Assembly (NCBI RefSeq): GCF_006345805.1
Contig: NC_043026.1
Coordinates: forward strand, 10,292,001 to 10,356,000
Length of the DNA stretch: 64,000 nt
Direction of reading: 5' to 3'
DNA from: Octopus sinensis
Lineage: Eukaryota
Shown: in pieces, positions 29,370 to 41,947 of the stretch
Layout of the letters: every line of letters begins with the position of its first letter
Numbering within the stretch: the first letter of the stretch is position 1
Position numbers and translations under genes: made by a program
Notes under the pieces: model-generated
Database searches by the model: none
Told to the model about the DNA's origin: nothing
Seen by the model: only the letters and a program-made list of their open reading frames with translations

Positions 29370-30335
29370 TTATTTATTTATTTATTATTATTTTAACCAG
29401 TTTCAGCACACGAGCCGTGGTCATGCTGGGGCACCGCCATTTGGTGTTGCTACATGATTTTACTTGACGAATGCTTTTTTGCAAATGCCATTTGGTGCAT
29501 GAGAGAGTTCGATGCGGCTGCCTCATCTACTCCTCCTGCCATGAAGTTGACTCATCAGGGACACTTGAAATTAAGAGGTCCAGTTATTCTGAAGACACTT
29601 ACATCCACCCCATGCAGATCTCTCTGGTTCCTCGGGAGGATATTGTACAGCTGTGGTCCTATGAAGCCCAGGCTATCACAGTATCTTTTCCTACATCTTG
29701 ATGGCAAATTTGGAGTCCTTGGCACCACGCAGTGGCTCCCAGTTCTGGCATTTGTGTAACTCTCAATGCCAAAGTTTGGGACAAGTCCTTCCAGGATCTT
29801 CCAGATGTATATTATGGCATATCTTTCTCGCCTACGCTCTAACGAATAGAGTCTTAATCTCTTGAGTCTTTCCCAGTAGCTTATATGCTGCACAGAGGCT
29901 ATCTTCTTCGTGTAGATTCGTTGGATCGCCTCAAGTTCCGTGATTAACTTGACACTGGATGGTGACCATAGCTGAGAGCAATAGTCAAAGTGGCTTAGGA
30001 CAAGTGTTCTCTAGAGGACCATCGTGGTTTCCTGGTCTCTTGTTCTGAAGGTTCTAAGAATGCATCCGGTCAGCCGCCTACATTTCATTGCAAATTTAGC
30101 AACATGCACATGAAAGGTTGTATCATCACTCATGTAAATACCCAGGTCACGCACTAATTGTGCCTCTGGGATTGCAATCCCTCCAGGTCCAGTGTATTCA
30201 TTGGGTATTGCACTTAGTTTTGCATGCTGATAGCATAAAGCTTGAAGCTTTTCAGCATTGAACTGCATGCTATTCTTTTCAGCCCACTTGTATATATTGC
30301 AGTTAATTATATTTCTTTTTGTCACACCCATCCCA
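29370..30335 (-). mobile_element. CR1-clade LINE, ~1 kb 5'-truncated remnant
   Basis: NIYKWAEKNSMQFNAEK..VRDLGIYMS..ILRTFRTRD.. and QHISYWERLKRLRLYSLERRRERYAIIYIWKILEGLVPNFG. Confidence 0.9.
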
Positions 30336-30488
30336 TACAGACTTAAACTAATACTACAATAGCTGCTAGAAACCCAATGCTACTTCAGAAATTAAGAGAC
30401 ATTCAATACACCCACAACATTACACGGAAGTTAGAGAAGAGGATCCTTAAAGACGTTTTAATATTTGCTATAACAACTAATTACGTTT

Positions 30489-31113
30489 CGATCTTTTCCT
30501 TTTCAACGGCAGATGTCAACACAATTTCTAGTTAACTAGACACTTTTAAACTTCGTATACTGGTAGAATGTGTTTATAAAACATCATTTTCTCTTGGCTT
30601 TATTGAGAAAATTCTATAGTTTCTAAGATATTTCGTCTGAAAATCCGAGCATTTCGGCAATTTTAACCAATCGATTACCTCCATTCAACTAACATCATTT
30701 GCTGCACCTAAAACTGAGACAACATCCTGTAACTAACCCTAAACCTCCCCCTAACCCTGATTTTTTTTCGTAATTGTCAAATTAACTTAATTCCATTGCT
30801 TTAGTTTTTTTTACATGCGTAACAATTAAATTAATGTAACAATTAAGAAAAAAAAAATTTAGGGTTAGGGGCCAGGTTTAGGGTTAGTGACATGATGTTG
30901 TCTCAGTTTTAGACGCAGCAAATGATTTTAGCTCAAAAGTGATCATAGGATTGGTTAAAATTCGAAAAATCAAACTACGCTAAACAAACAAATTAATTTT
31001 CTCAAGAAAGCCAAGAGAAAAAAATGTTTTATTTTGACACATTCTACCAGTATACGAAGTTTTAAAGTGTTTAGTTAACTAGAAATTGTCTGCTGTTCAA
31101 AAGGAAAAGATCC
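30489..31113. mobile_element. Near-palindromic MITE (Merlin-like family GGATCTTTTC..)
   Basis: Left (~30489-30800) and right (~30830-31113) arms are inverted copies; ends GATCTTTTCC/GGAAAAGATCC; degenerate 8-bp flanks TTACGTTT vs GTACATTT (6/8). Confidence 0.75.
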
Positions 31114-31257
31114 GTACATTTTATTTAAGAGTTCGACAAAGATATGGAAACTTTGAGGAACGATTTTCTCTACCAAATTTATCAGGGCCTCACCGACAGT
31201 ACCCTGAAAGCCCCGGAAGGGGTGAGTATTTGAATTTCTTTCTACGGACATTCTTAA

Positions 31258-31730
31258 TTTTGGGTGTTTAAATGTTCACGGCCTGAGGACAACTTGGAAA
31301 CAAGACCGTCTCCTACATGACCTCAGGTCCCACCGTCTGGATGGTATAGTTGCGACAGAGTCCAGGGTGAGCAGACGGAGGGATCTCTCTCCCCTCCTAA
31401 ATGGCTACAAGAAATTTATTTCTCCATGCCACCTGGAGTAGGGAGCTATCCTTGTGCTGTTCAGGAGGGCAAGCTGGTCATTGTGGATGTGACGTACAGC
31501 AGTAAGTCTTTCAGGTTGATATGTGTTTACGCCCCTGCAAAAGGGGCAGATAAAGCTGAGTTTCTTCGGAGCATTGAGAAATTTCTTACTTTGTCTCATT
31601 CTATAGTTATGTTAGGAAACTTTAACGCAATCTGTGATGCACGCGCTGATTGCGTTGGCTCGAATATTACTAGAAGAGATCAGGGTTTCTTAAATCTGCT
31701 TGGCCGTTTTCAGCTAGCAAATAGAGAGGC
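31258..31730 (+). mobile_element. L1/Tx1-clade LINE apurinic endonuclease fragment
   Basis: LGCLNVHGLR..DGIVATES.. then (frameshift) FRLICVYAP..KAEFL..IVMLGNFNA, the APE motifs NVxGL, VYAP, GDFN. Confidence 0.75.
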
Positions 31731-31984
31731 CTTTTTTTGTTGCCGTAAGGTTTTGGACTTTCAAAAGTAACAGAAAAAGTACAGAGTTCGTAGATTGATG
31801 AACATTTTCACACCAAATCTGAGATTGAAATTTATTTATTCACCGTAAACTTTATAAAAATGTTATAGAGGTTTAAAGTTTGATTATTTTACACAATCAG
31901 AAAACAGGATTTGTAGATGATAGTTGTGATAAAATAAAAGCAAACATTAGAAGATGAAGTTTTACCCAATGCATGAGAGCTTTT

Positions 31985-32036
31985 ATATACACATATATAT
32001 ATATATATGAGAATATACATATATATATATATGAGA

Positions 32037-32065
<29 letters not shown>
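31985..32065. repeat. Compound (AT)n/(GA)n microsatellite
   Basis: Seen directly. Confidence 0.85.
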
Positions 32066-32067
<2 letters not shown>

Positions 32068-32787
32068 TTGTAACTAGCAAAAAAAGGTAGATTGACAGCG
32101 ATAGATAGAGAGTAGATGTAAGTGTTGAGTTATTTCTCATAGAGAATTTTATTTCTTTTTATTCCTATTTATGGACGATACTCTCTTTGATCGGCAGATT
32201 TTGTAAGTGAAATTCATTATTCGTGAAAATGAAATGTTTCAGTGCTTTAGGGGTGTAAACACACAAGAGACTGAAAAACAAAGGGAGTCAACAAGTGTAA
32301 TTTATGTAAAAGATACATTTATATGATGCCTTTATAAAACACTGGATGCATCTGCAGTTTTGTGAGTATATACATTGGTACATAAGGGTATTCAGGCTAA
32401 ATTTCAAAATATTTTATACGCCCTCCTTTCAGACAAAACTTGATGTATTCGTGAATAGTCAATGTTGTCGGGGAGAATAAAGATTAAAGTTGTAGTTCAA
32501 AAACAGTTAACTAACATAGAGGTCTGGAAGCTATCTGAATATTGGAAGAGAGTTACCTGCATCATGATGACTCAAGCTGAGTATCAAAAATGCTGCTCAA
32601 TGTTTGCTGAGGAAGGGACCTGCCAGAAGGTCATGGGTGGCAGCAGAAGAAGGACCTTTGCCTGCACCAGCAATTCTGAGCCGGTAGTTAAGACCAAAGA
32701 GGTGTTCAAAGGTTTTCCCAGAGACAAAGCGAGCAACGTATATGCCAGGTTCTTCCAGAGACTTCTTGAAGCTGTGGTGGCCACCTT

Positions 32788-32977
32788 CATCATCATCATC
32801 ATCATCATCATTTAGCGTCCGCTTTCCATACTAGCATGGGTTGGACGGGTCAACTGGGGTCTGTGAAGCTGGAAGGCTTCGTCAGGACCAGTCAGATCTG
32901 GCAGTGTTTCTACGGCTGGATGCCCTTCCTAACGCCAACCACTCCGCGAGTGTAGTGGGTGTTTTTTACGTGCCACC
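32788..32977 (-). mobile_element. RTE-tailed repeat family C, 3' fragment
   Basis: (CAT)n tail plus GGATGCCCTTCCTAACGCCAAC motif shared with at least 7 other copies. Confidence 0.8.
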
Positions 32978-33445
32978 TTGAGTAAACTATTATCTCCTAA
33001 TATCTGAAAACCAGAATACTTCCTATTTTGGGTCCCCAGTCTGTAAAATATTGGCATAACTTTTTATTCCTTGTTAAACAGACTTGTCCCAAGCTTTTCT
33101 TCCAAATCTTCCAATTGTCTTCTATGCTATATACCTCTAAGCTGCAAGAACTTCCTCTTCCAGACAGAGCAAAGTCTGAGAGATTTTAACCGAAGTCGAA
33201 AGTCTGTATTTACAGGATGCAATATTCAATAATGAATAATGTATAGGGCTGTCAGGTGGAGAAGAGCTTTGGTACAAAAGGTCCTTACATTAAAGAAAGG
33301 AACCCGTGCAAGCAGTTATGGAACAAGGAGAGGTGATGATTGCAAAATCAAAACATAAAATTTTGAACTTCTGAAATATTTTAAAGTCATTTTTTTCCAT
33401 TGCACGAAACACGGTAATATCAGAAAACATATAGCAAACAAGAAA

Positions 33446-34546
33446 CTACCCTTTGCCTTTCTTCCCTGTATGAATATGTCTGTGTCTTGTTAAGTCACAA
33501 TTTTGAGAGAATGATTTACCACAGACATCACAATGATATGGTTTCACTCCTGAATGAACATGTTTGTGTCTAGATAAGTGACTACAGTTAGAGAATGATT
33601 TACCACAGATATCGCAGTGATATGGTCTCTCTCCAGTATGTATATATTTGTGTTCTGTTAAGTTACTATTTTGAGAGAATGATTTACCACAGATATCACA
33701 ATGATATGGTTTCTCTCCTGTATGAATATGTGTGTGTCTAGTTAATGTGCTACTTTCAGAGAATGATTTACCACAGATGTCACAGTGATACGGTTTCTCT
33801 CCCGTATGAATACGTATATGTGTAGTTAAGATACTAAGATGAGTGAATGATTTGTCACAGATATCACACTGATACGGTTTCTCTCCTGTATGAAGATGTT
33901 TGTGATTCCTTAAGTTACAATTTTGAGAGAATGATTTACCACAAATATCACAATGATATGGTTTCTCTCCTGTATGAATAGAGTTGTGTCTAGTTAAGTG
34001 ACTACTTTCAGAGAATGATTTACCACAGATATCACAATGATATGGTTTCTCTCCTGAATGAATACGTTTATGTGCAATTAAGACACAATTATGAGTGAAT
34101 GATTTATCGCAGATATCACACTGATACGGTTTCTCTCCTGTATGAAGACGACTGTGTTTTGTTAAGGCAGTATTTTCAGAGAAAGAGTTACCACAAATAT
34201 CACAACGATATGGTTTCTCTCCTGTATGGGTACGCTTGTGTGCAGTAACGTGAATACTTCTTGAAAATGATTTACCACAGATATCACACTGATATGGTTT
34301 CTCTCCTGTATGAGTACGCTTGTGAGCAGTAACATAACCACTGCTAGAGAATGATTTACCACAGATATCACAAGGATATGGTTTCTCTCCTGTGTGAATA
34401 TGCTTGTGTCTAGATAAATAACTACTGTAAGAGAAGGATTTACCACAGACATCACACTGATATGGTTTCTCTCCTGTATGAATACGTTTGTGCATAATTA
34501 GTTTACTTTCTTTAAAAGAAGGACTTTGTACAGACATCATAGCCAT
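33446..34546 (-). CDS. C2H2 ZNF protein ZNF5, 366 aa, 12 fingers
   Basis: Intact ORF; ends HTGKKGKG*; acceptor TTTCAG at ~34970. Confidence 0.95.
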   Translation of the reverse strand: MAMMSVQSPSFKESKLIMHKRIHTGEKPYQCDVCGKSFSYSSYLSRHKHIHTGEKPYPCDICGKSFSSSGYVTAHKRTHTGEKPYQCDICGKSFSRSIHVTAHKRTHTGEKPYRCDICGNSFSENTALTKHSRLHTGEKPYQCDICDKSFTHNCVLIAHKRIHSGEKPYHCDICGKSFSESSHLTRHNSIHTGEKPYHCDICGKSFSQNCNLRNHKHLHTGEKPYQCDICDKSFTHLSILTTHIRIHTGEKPYHCDICGKSFSESSTLTRHTHIHTGEKPYHCDICGKSFSQNSNLTEHKYIHTGERPYHCDICGKSFSNCSHLSRHKHVHSGVKPYHCDVCGKSFSQNCDLTRHRHIHTGKKGKG

Positions 34547-36374
34547 ATGATCGCATCTTTTTCATCATGTGCTCAGAGGTAATCAATCATACAATTTTTT
34601 CACTCTCTTCCAATATTTTGCCTCTCAAATCCCAGTTTATATATTTTTCTTGCATTTGTTCTTTTACTTAATTTCTTACAAACAGTTTTTCTGCTCTATT
34701 TCTGTCCAGTGTTACTTATGTTTAGCAACACTTCAATTAATTTATCCAACTTCAATCAACACACAGGCACCTCTTCTTCACACTCCAGTCAGGGTTGTTC
34801 ACAAACTTGACTATTAATATTATTTCAAAGCAAATGTTTCACAGGATTTCTACCGCAGATTTGTAGAAACAATCTGATACATGTGTTTCATATAATAGTT
34901 TCCTTCAGTCTTTAAAACATGGTAGATATTGAGGATGTTTCTTCCGTTCTTTCAATGCTGTGTGATGTTCTGAAATTATAAAGAAACAACAGTGTAAGAC
35001 GCAGAGGCTACTTAAAATATAGAGATTTATTTCTATTGAGATAATCTGTAGATTACCTTAACAACTGAGCTAGAAGCAGTCAGCTCCATAAAGAAGTGCT
35101 GATCTTCAAAAGCAGATGGAACGTGTGGAAGTGTGACACTCAGAAAGACATGGGACGAAGGGCTCAAAAACCTTGCAGGTGAGATGACAAAGGAACGAGA
35201 TCCCTGGCGACTTACTCTACTCCTTAATAGAAGTCTTCAGACTCATCACTCTGCTGGTGCAAAGCATTTGTGGCAATTCTTTATAAAAGTGGTCATGCAG
35301 TGCCACATAAAAGCAATATGAAGAGGTCGGTACCACAAAGGGCATCCAGCAGAAACCACGAAGAATCAGACTGGAGTCTGCTTCAGCTTCTCCAGCCTTG
35401 CCCAATCCATCCAACCCATGGACAGTGAACTTTAAATGATGATGATGAACTTAACATTTTAATTTATTTAAATTCACATCAAAGAATCTCGTGCGGGGCT
35501 GACATATTTGTAAACTACACTGACCCCTCCACATTGTGTAATAGTTTGAAAAGAAAACCACAGAATAGGGGACACTAACTTTAGTCCTTCTCCAGAAATA
35601 GAACTTGATACTGTTCTTTAGATCCAGGTCATTTCTGACAGAGCAGACATGTGTTTAATGACATTCCATCCATGACAATCCTGTCTGTTTGTATAGTGTT
35701 GTATATCTATGACTACATCATCCAATACAGTCCTCAATATTCACGACTGGAAGGTGAAACTAAAGGGAGATGAGCAGACACATGGCCACATGGAGAGTTG
35801 TAAGACCTACAATCTTTATTGCAGATCAAACAAGAATGGTGAGTGACGAAAAGTCAACAGAATTAGAAAAAGAAAGTAACTGATTTCCATCCATGTGATT
35901 TGAAGTTCAGCCGCACAGAGCAGCACCTTGAGCAAGTATCTTGTTTCATAGCACCGGTGCATCTAAAGCCATCTGAGCAAATTTGAAAGACAGAAACTGA
36001 AAGAAGTCTGTCTTGTGTGTGTGTGTCTTCACATCATGTAACGCATATGAATGCACATCAACATGAAAATATGTGCAGACATGGGGGTGGGGTGGAAATA
36101 TTACCTTGCTTTGAAATTGGTGACGGTTGATAACAGGAAGTACATCAATTGTTTTTAGATTCATTTTTTTCTTTGTGTCAAATGTAAAAAGCTTGAAAAA
36201 AGTCTCATTTCATTTGCAAATGAAAAGGGGAAAGAGAATTGAGTTAACATGTAGTTTAGTCTTATAAAATAGTGAAAGTAAATTGCCCCTAAAAACGTGA
36301 AAGTATACTGTGATAGAAATCTGGAGTTACCAACAGGCGATATCCTGGAATTTCATGAAAACAATGTATGTAAT

Positions 36375-36700
36375 AGTTAAGTTAAGTTAATTTTTTGGCT
36401 CAAAAAGCAAAAAGGAAGGCCATGTAGGGGGACATGGAGTTATGTACAGGGAGGGTGTTCATGCAAAGAGTTCAGGCCACTTATGGTCAAGAGAGACTTA
36501 GAACCGAGCAGTCGTCAGCATCTTCACTATCTTGACCTGGACAGAGAAAGCCCCCTCTCCTTCGATTGAGATGAAATCGTTGCAGATAGAGCTTTTCAGA
36601 GTGACCCCGCAGCCGACGCTCTGGAGCAGGAGTGAAGAACAGCTCTTTCGAGAGGTTACACTTTCTGCTTATGATGTTGTGAGCGAGAATGAGATCACCA
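36375..36700 (-). mobile_element. CR1-clade LINE 3' end
   Basis: GDLILAHNII..FFTPAPERRLRGHSEKLY..RR motif and (TTAAC)n tail. Confidence 0.7.
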
Positions 36701-37449
36701 TATAACTGATAGAGCCAATACAAAAATGTGTATATATTTAATATAACATGAAAACTGTACATGTAATTTATATAAGACTAGCCTAAGTACCTGGTGTTAC
36801 TCGTAAGTTTAAAGAATGTTATATATACTTATTCTGATAAAAAATCAAATTTGGTACAGAATGCTCCAGCGGTTTGGCTATGCACATAGAAGAAACACAC
36901 ATGCATGCATGCACACACACACACAGTGAATTTTACAGACACTGAGCTTATGCAGAGCAGATAGCAAATGAGGTATACCACTCTAACAAGGGATCAATTA
37001 ATGCAGGCCACTCGTTATCCATTTCAACTTTTCATGGCATAGAAAAGATTAAGAGTGAAGGGGAGAACACATAAATCCGCTTTAGTCCTTGACAGAACAA
37101 TAGGCCGTATGGCTAGTGGGGAAAATGTAGATTCAATCTTGGATCTGAGGTAGGTCCAATACCCAAGTAGACATTGTCACTTCGAATTTAGATATGAAAT
37201 ATCGAGCTAATTTTATTAGGTCCATTCCGTGAACAACTTGAATAACTCATGTTGATATCTCTAACTTATGTCATGGGAATATTGAACTTTAAAATTTATA
37301 CAGTTTATCGTATAAATTGAAAGATATCCTACTGTATGAACACATTTCTTGATTTAGAAACCTGTTTCTTTTCCTTTAAAACCGTCCTATCAAAATTGTT
37401 TACCTTTAAAGCAAAAAAAAAAAACAAAACGAAACCGATGGATATGACA

Positions 37450-37749
37450 GGTACATAAAACGAGACCGGTGCCAGTGCCACCAGACTGGCTCCTGTGCAG
37501 GTGGCACATAAAAAGCACCATTTGAGTGTGGCCATTGCCAGTACCACTAAACTGGCCCTCATGTTGATGGCACGTAAAAGCACCCACTACACTCTCGGAG
37601 TGGTTGGCGTTAGGAAAGGCATCCAGCTGTAGAAACTCTGCCAGATCAGATTGGAGCCTGGTGCAGCCATCTGGTTTGCCAGACCTCAGTCAAATCGTCC
37701 AACCCATGCTAGCATGGGAAGCAGACATTAAACGACGATGATGATGATG
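37450..37749 (+). mobile_element. RTE-tailed repeat family C (further + copies 37988-38138 and 49590-49888)
   Basis: GTTGGCGTTAGGAAAGGCATCCAGC..CCAACCCATGC..(GAT)n. Confidence 0.8.
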
Positions 37750-38293
37750 CAACAATATTATACAGCTGAACAAAAAAAAACAAAAAAACTAAGTCAAAAG
37801 TGAAACGATTCTAGCGTTATCAAAAGTGAAAGAGTAGTAACACTGGAAAAAACCCCCCAAAAAACAGAAGGGTCGTATGGGGGCGGGGTGTAGATTGATC
37901 CAGCAGTTTAGGTGTGCATAGAAGAAACACACACACAGTGAATTTTATAGATATAGATGAAAACAATCACATCTGCAGTTATTGATGTTATTGGCGTTAG
38001 GAAGGGCATCCAGCCGTAGAAACACTGCCAGATCAGACTGGGCCTGGTGCAGCCTTCTGGCTTCCCAGACCCCAGTTGAACCATCCAACCCATGCCAGCA
38101 TGGAAAGCGGACGCTAAACGATGATGATGATGATGATGAAATGAGATTTGTGAATAGTTATTCAAAATCTCTTAATTTGTGTCATTATGGATGTTGATCA
38201 AGATATGATGTAAATAAATCACCAAGAATCCCACATTGTCATCTTTCTTTTTCTCCTTGATCAACATCCATCGCCCTTCTATAGTCTTTGTGT

Positions 38294-38680
38294 GGAGGTG
38301 CAATGGCCCAGTGGTTAGGGCAGCGGACTCGCAGTCGTAGGATCGCGGTTTCGATTCCCAGACCGGGCGTTGTGAGTGTTTATTGAGCGAAAACACCTAA
38401 AAGCTCCACGAGGCTCCGGCAGGGGATGGTGGTGATCCCTGCTGTACTATTTCATCACAACTTTCTCTCACTCTTACTTCCTGTTTCTGTTGTACCTGTA
38501 TTTCAAAGGGGCCGGCCTTGTCACTCTCTGTGTCACGCTGAATATCCCCCGAGAACTACGTTAAGGGTACACGTGTCTGTGGAGTGCTCAGCCACTTACA
38601 CGTGAATTTCACGAGCAGGCTGTTCCGTTGATTCGGATCAACCGGAACCCTCGTCGTCGTAACCGACGGAGTGCTTCCCA
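38294..38680 (+). mobile_element. tRNA-derived SINE family A, apparently full length
   Basis: A-box TGGCCCAGTGG, B-box GGTTTCGATTCC, ~300-bp non-tRNA body; second copy at 44296-44577. Confidence 0.85.
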
Positions 38681-38899
38681 TCCATAGTCTTTGCATGGAT
38701 GCTGGTCATCATTTGGATAAACAAAAATTTCATGAATCGTTAACAATTCAACAGGTATACAAATTACCAAGATCCACATAAAAAAGGCCCCCGACTGAAT
38801 ATCAAATGTATTTTTGGAAATTTTGTTACATTATTGTCGTCGTTACAGGTTTCTATTGGAAAATCCACTTTTTTTTAAAAGACAATTTACTTTCACAGA

Positions 38900-39180
38900 A
38901 TCATCATCATCATCATCATTTAACGTCTGCTTTCCATGCTAGCATGGGTTGGACGGTTCAACTGGGGTCTGAGGAGCCCGAAGGCTACACCAGGCCAGTC
39001 AGATCTGGCAGTGTTTCTACAGCTGGATGCCCTTCCTAACGCCAACCACTCCGAGAGTGTAGTGGGTGATTTTATGTGCCACCGACACAGGTGCCAGACA
39101 AGGCTGGCAGACGGCCACACTCGGATGGTGTTTTTATGTGCCACCGACACAGGTGCCAGATGAGGCTGGCGAACGGCCAC
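38900..39180 (-). mobile_element. RTE-tailed repeat family C with 2-3 internal ~60-bp repeats
   Basis: (CAT)n tail and TTTTATGTGCCACCGACACAGGTGCCAGA repeats. Confidence 0.8.
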
Positions 39181-40007
39181 ATAGATTTTTATTTAGCAAC
39201 AGATTTCTACAGGAAGAAAAAATTACAACAAAAGCATAAAAGATCAAAAGCCCCTCCCCACCCATCTTCTACCGCTTAACCCCACCCAACTTTTCTCTTT
39301 TTCTTTTTGTTTCATTGGTGAAGCAATTGCGTTTTAATCTCTTGGTAATTGTTTTTTTTATCGTTTATACTTTAACCCTTTAGCATTTAAACTGGCCATA
39401 TCCGGCCCAAAATATTCTACCTGTTTTATGTTCAAATTAGCCATATCTGGTCTCTCACACCAACCCTACAATATTGTTTTAAAAATTAACAGTTACCTCA
39501 TCAAAATCTCATAGCTACAAGATAATGCATGATTAGTTCAAAACAATGTGGATGAAAAAGAATTAATTTTGGCAGAATAATGCGAACACTAAAGGGTTAA
39601 ATGTTTTATCTTTCAGGTCTCTCTGAAAATATATTATCCTATTTTACGAACAAAAACCAAATTATCCATTTACGACAATATTCTACGTGTTAGTCAAGAA
39701 TTGCAATGGTGTTCGGTGTCGTAAGAGTAGGAGGAAATCAGATCTTTTACTATACAGCAATAAATATACTGTAATTACAGGATACAATATTCAATAATAT
39801 ATAATGCATAGGGTTGTCAGGAGGAAGAGTTTTGGTACAGAAGTCCTAACATTAAAGAAAGGAATCCGCACCAGCGGCTGTGGAACAAGGAGAGGTGAAA
39901 ATTTGCGAAAACAAAACACAAAAATTTTTTTTTAATTTTTGAAATACTTCAGTCATATTTTCCATTGCACAAAACAGAAATATTAAAAATATATAATAAA
40001 CAAGAAA

Positions 40008-41947
40008 TTACCCTTTTCCTTTCTCTCTTGTATGAATAGGTCTGTGCTTCATTAAGTTTCTATTGTCAGAGAATGATTTACCACAGATATCACACTGATA
40101 TGGTTTCTCTCCTGTATGAATACATTTATGTCTAGTTACGTCATAATTGCGGATGAAAGATTTACCACAGATATCACAATGATATGGTTTATCTCCTGTA
40201 TGTATATATTTGTGTTCTGTTAAATCACAATTTTGAGAGAATGATTTACCACAGACATCACAATGATATGGTTTCACTCCTGAATGAACATGTTTGTGTC
40301 TAGATAAGTGACTACCGTGAGAGAATGATCTACCACAGATATCACAATGATATGGTTTCTCCCCTGTATGAATATTTTTGTGTACAGTTAAGTTGCCATT
40401 TAGAGTGAATGATTTGCCACAGATATCACAATGATATGGTTTCTCTCCTGTATGAATATGTGTGTGTCTAGTTAATGCACTACTTTCAGAGAATGATTTA
40501 CCACAGATATCACAAGGATATGGTTTCTCTCCTGAATGAATACGTTTATGTGCAATTAAGACACAATTATGAGTGAATGATTTATCGCAGATATCACACT
40601 GATACGGTTTCTCTCCTGTATGAAGACGACTGTGTTTTGTTAAGGCAGTATTTTCAGAGAAAGAGTTACCACAAATATCACAACGATATGGTTTCTCTCC
40701 TGTATGAGTACGCTTGTGTGCAATAACATGACTACTTCTAGAGAATGATTTACCACAGATATCACATTGATATGGTTTCTCTCCTGTATGAGAACGTTTG
40801 TGCACAGTAACATTACCACGGCTAGAGAATGATTTACCACAGATATCACAATGATATAGTTTCTCTCTGTATGAATATGTGTGTGTCTAGTTAATGCATT
40901 ACTTTCAGAGAATGATTTACCGCAGATATCACAATGATATGGTTTCTCTCTTGAATGAATACGTTTATGTGCAATTAAGACACAATTATAAGTGAATGAT
41001 TTATCACAGATATCACACTGATACGGTTTCTCTCCTGTATGAAGACGACTGTGTTCCATTAAGCTAATATTTTGAGAGAATGATTTACCACAGATCTCAC
41101 AGTGATATGGTTTCTCTCCTGTATGAGTACGCTTGTGTGCAGTAACATTACTACGGCAAGCGAATGACTTACCACAGATATCACATTGATATGGTTTCTC
41201 TCCTGTATGAGAACGTTTGTGCACAGTAACATAACCACGGCAAGAGAATGATTTACCACAGATATCACAATGATATAGTTTCTCTTCTGTATGAATATGT
41301 GTGTGTCTAGTTAATGCATTACTTTCAGAGAATGATTTACCGCAGATATCACAAGGATATGGTTTCTCTCCTGAATGAATACGTTTATGTGCAATTAAGA
41401 CACAATTATATGTGAATGATTTATCACAGATATCGCAGTGAAATGGTTTCTCTCCTGTGTGAATACGTTTGTGTTCCATTAAGGTACTATTTTGAGAGAA
41501 TGATTTACCACAGACATCACACTGATATGGTTTCTCTCCTGTATGAATACGTATGTGTGTAGATAAGTGAATTCTTTGAGAGAATGATTTACCACAGATA
41601 TCACACTGATATGGTTTCTCTCCTGTGTGAATACGTTCATGTGCAGTTAAGACACAATTATAAGAGAATGATTTACCACAGATATCACAGTGATATGGTT
41701 TCTCACCTGTATGAGTACGTTTGTGGGCAGTTAAGATTCTATTTTCAGAGAATGATTTACCACAGATATTACAAGGATATGGGTTCTCTCCTGTGTGAAT
41801 ATGTTTGTGTCTAGATAAGTAACTACTGTTAGAGAATGACTTACCACAGATATCACACTGATATGGTTTCTCCCCCATATGAATACGTTTGTGCATAATT
41901 AGGTTACTTTCTTTAAAAGAAGGACTTTGTACAGACATCATAGCCAT
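40008..41947 (-). pseudogene. C2H2 ZNF6, 22 fingers if one 1-bp frameshift (~40866) is corrected
   Basis: ORFs 40640-41947 and 40008-40805 join by restoring TTCTCTTCTG as in the internal duplicate at ~41280. Ends HTREKGKG*. Acceptor at ~42372. The frameshift may be a sequencing error. Confidence 0.85.

Noticed and set aside
32462-32815. 117-aa ORF as a host gene or LINE ORF1
   Set aside because: No motif recognised and it runs into a (CAT)n tail; left unassigned pending BLAST/HMM.
38294-38370. tRNA gene (also 44296, 2908, 49100-49181)
   Set aside because: A/B boxes run into long shared non-tRNA bodies; these are SINE heads.
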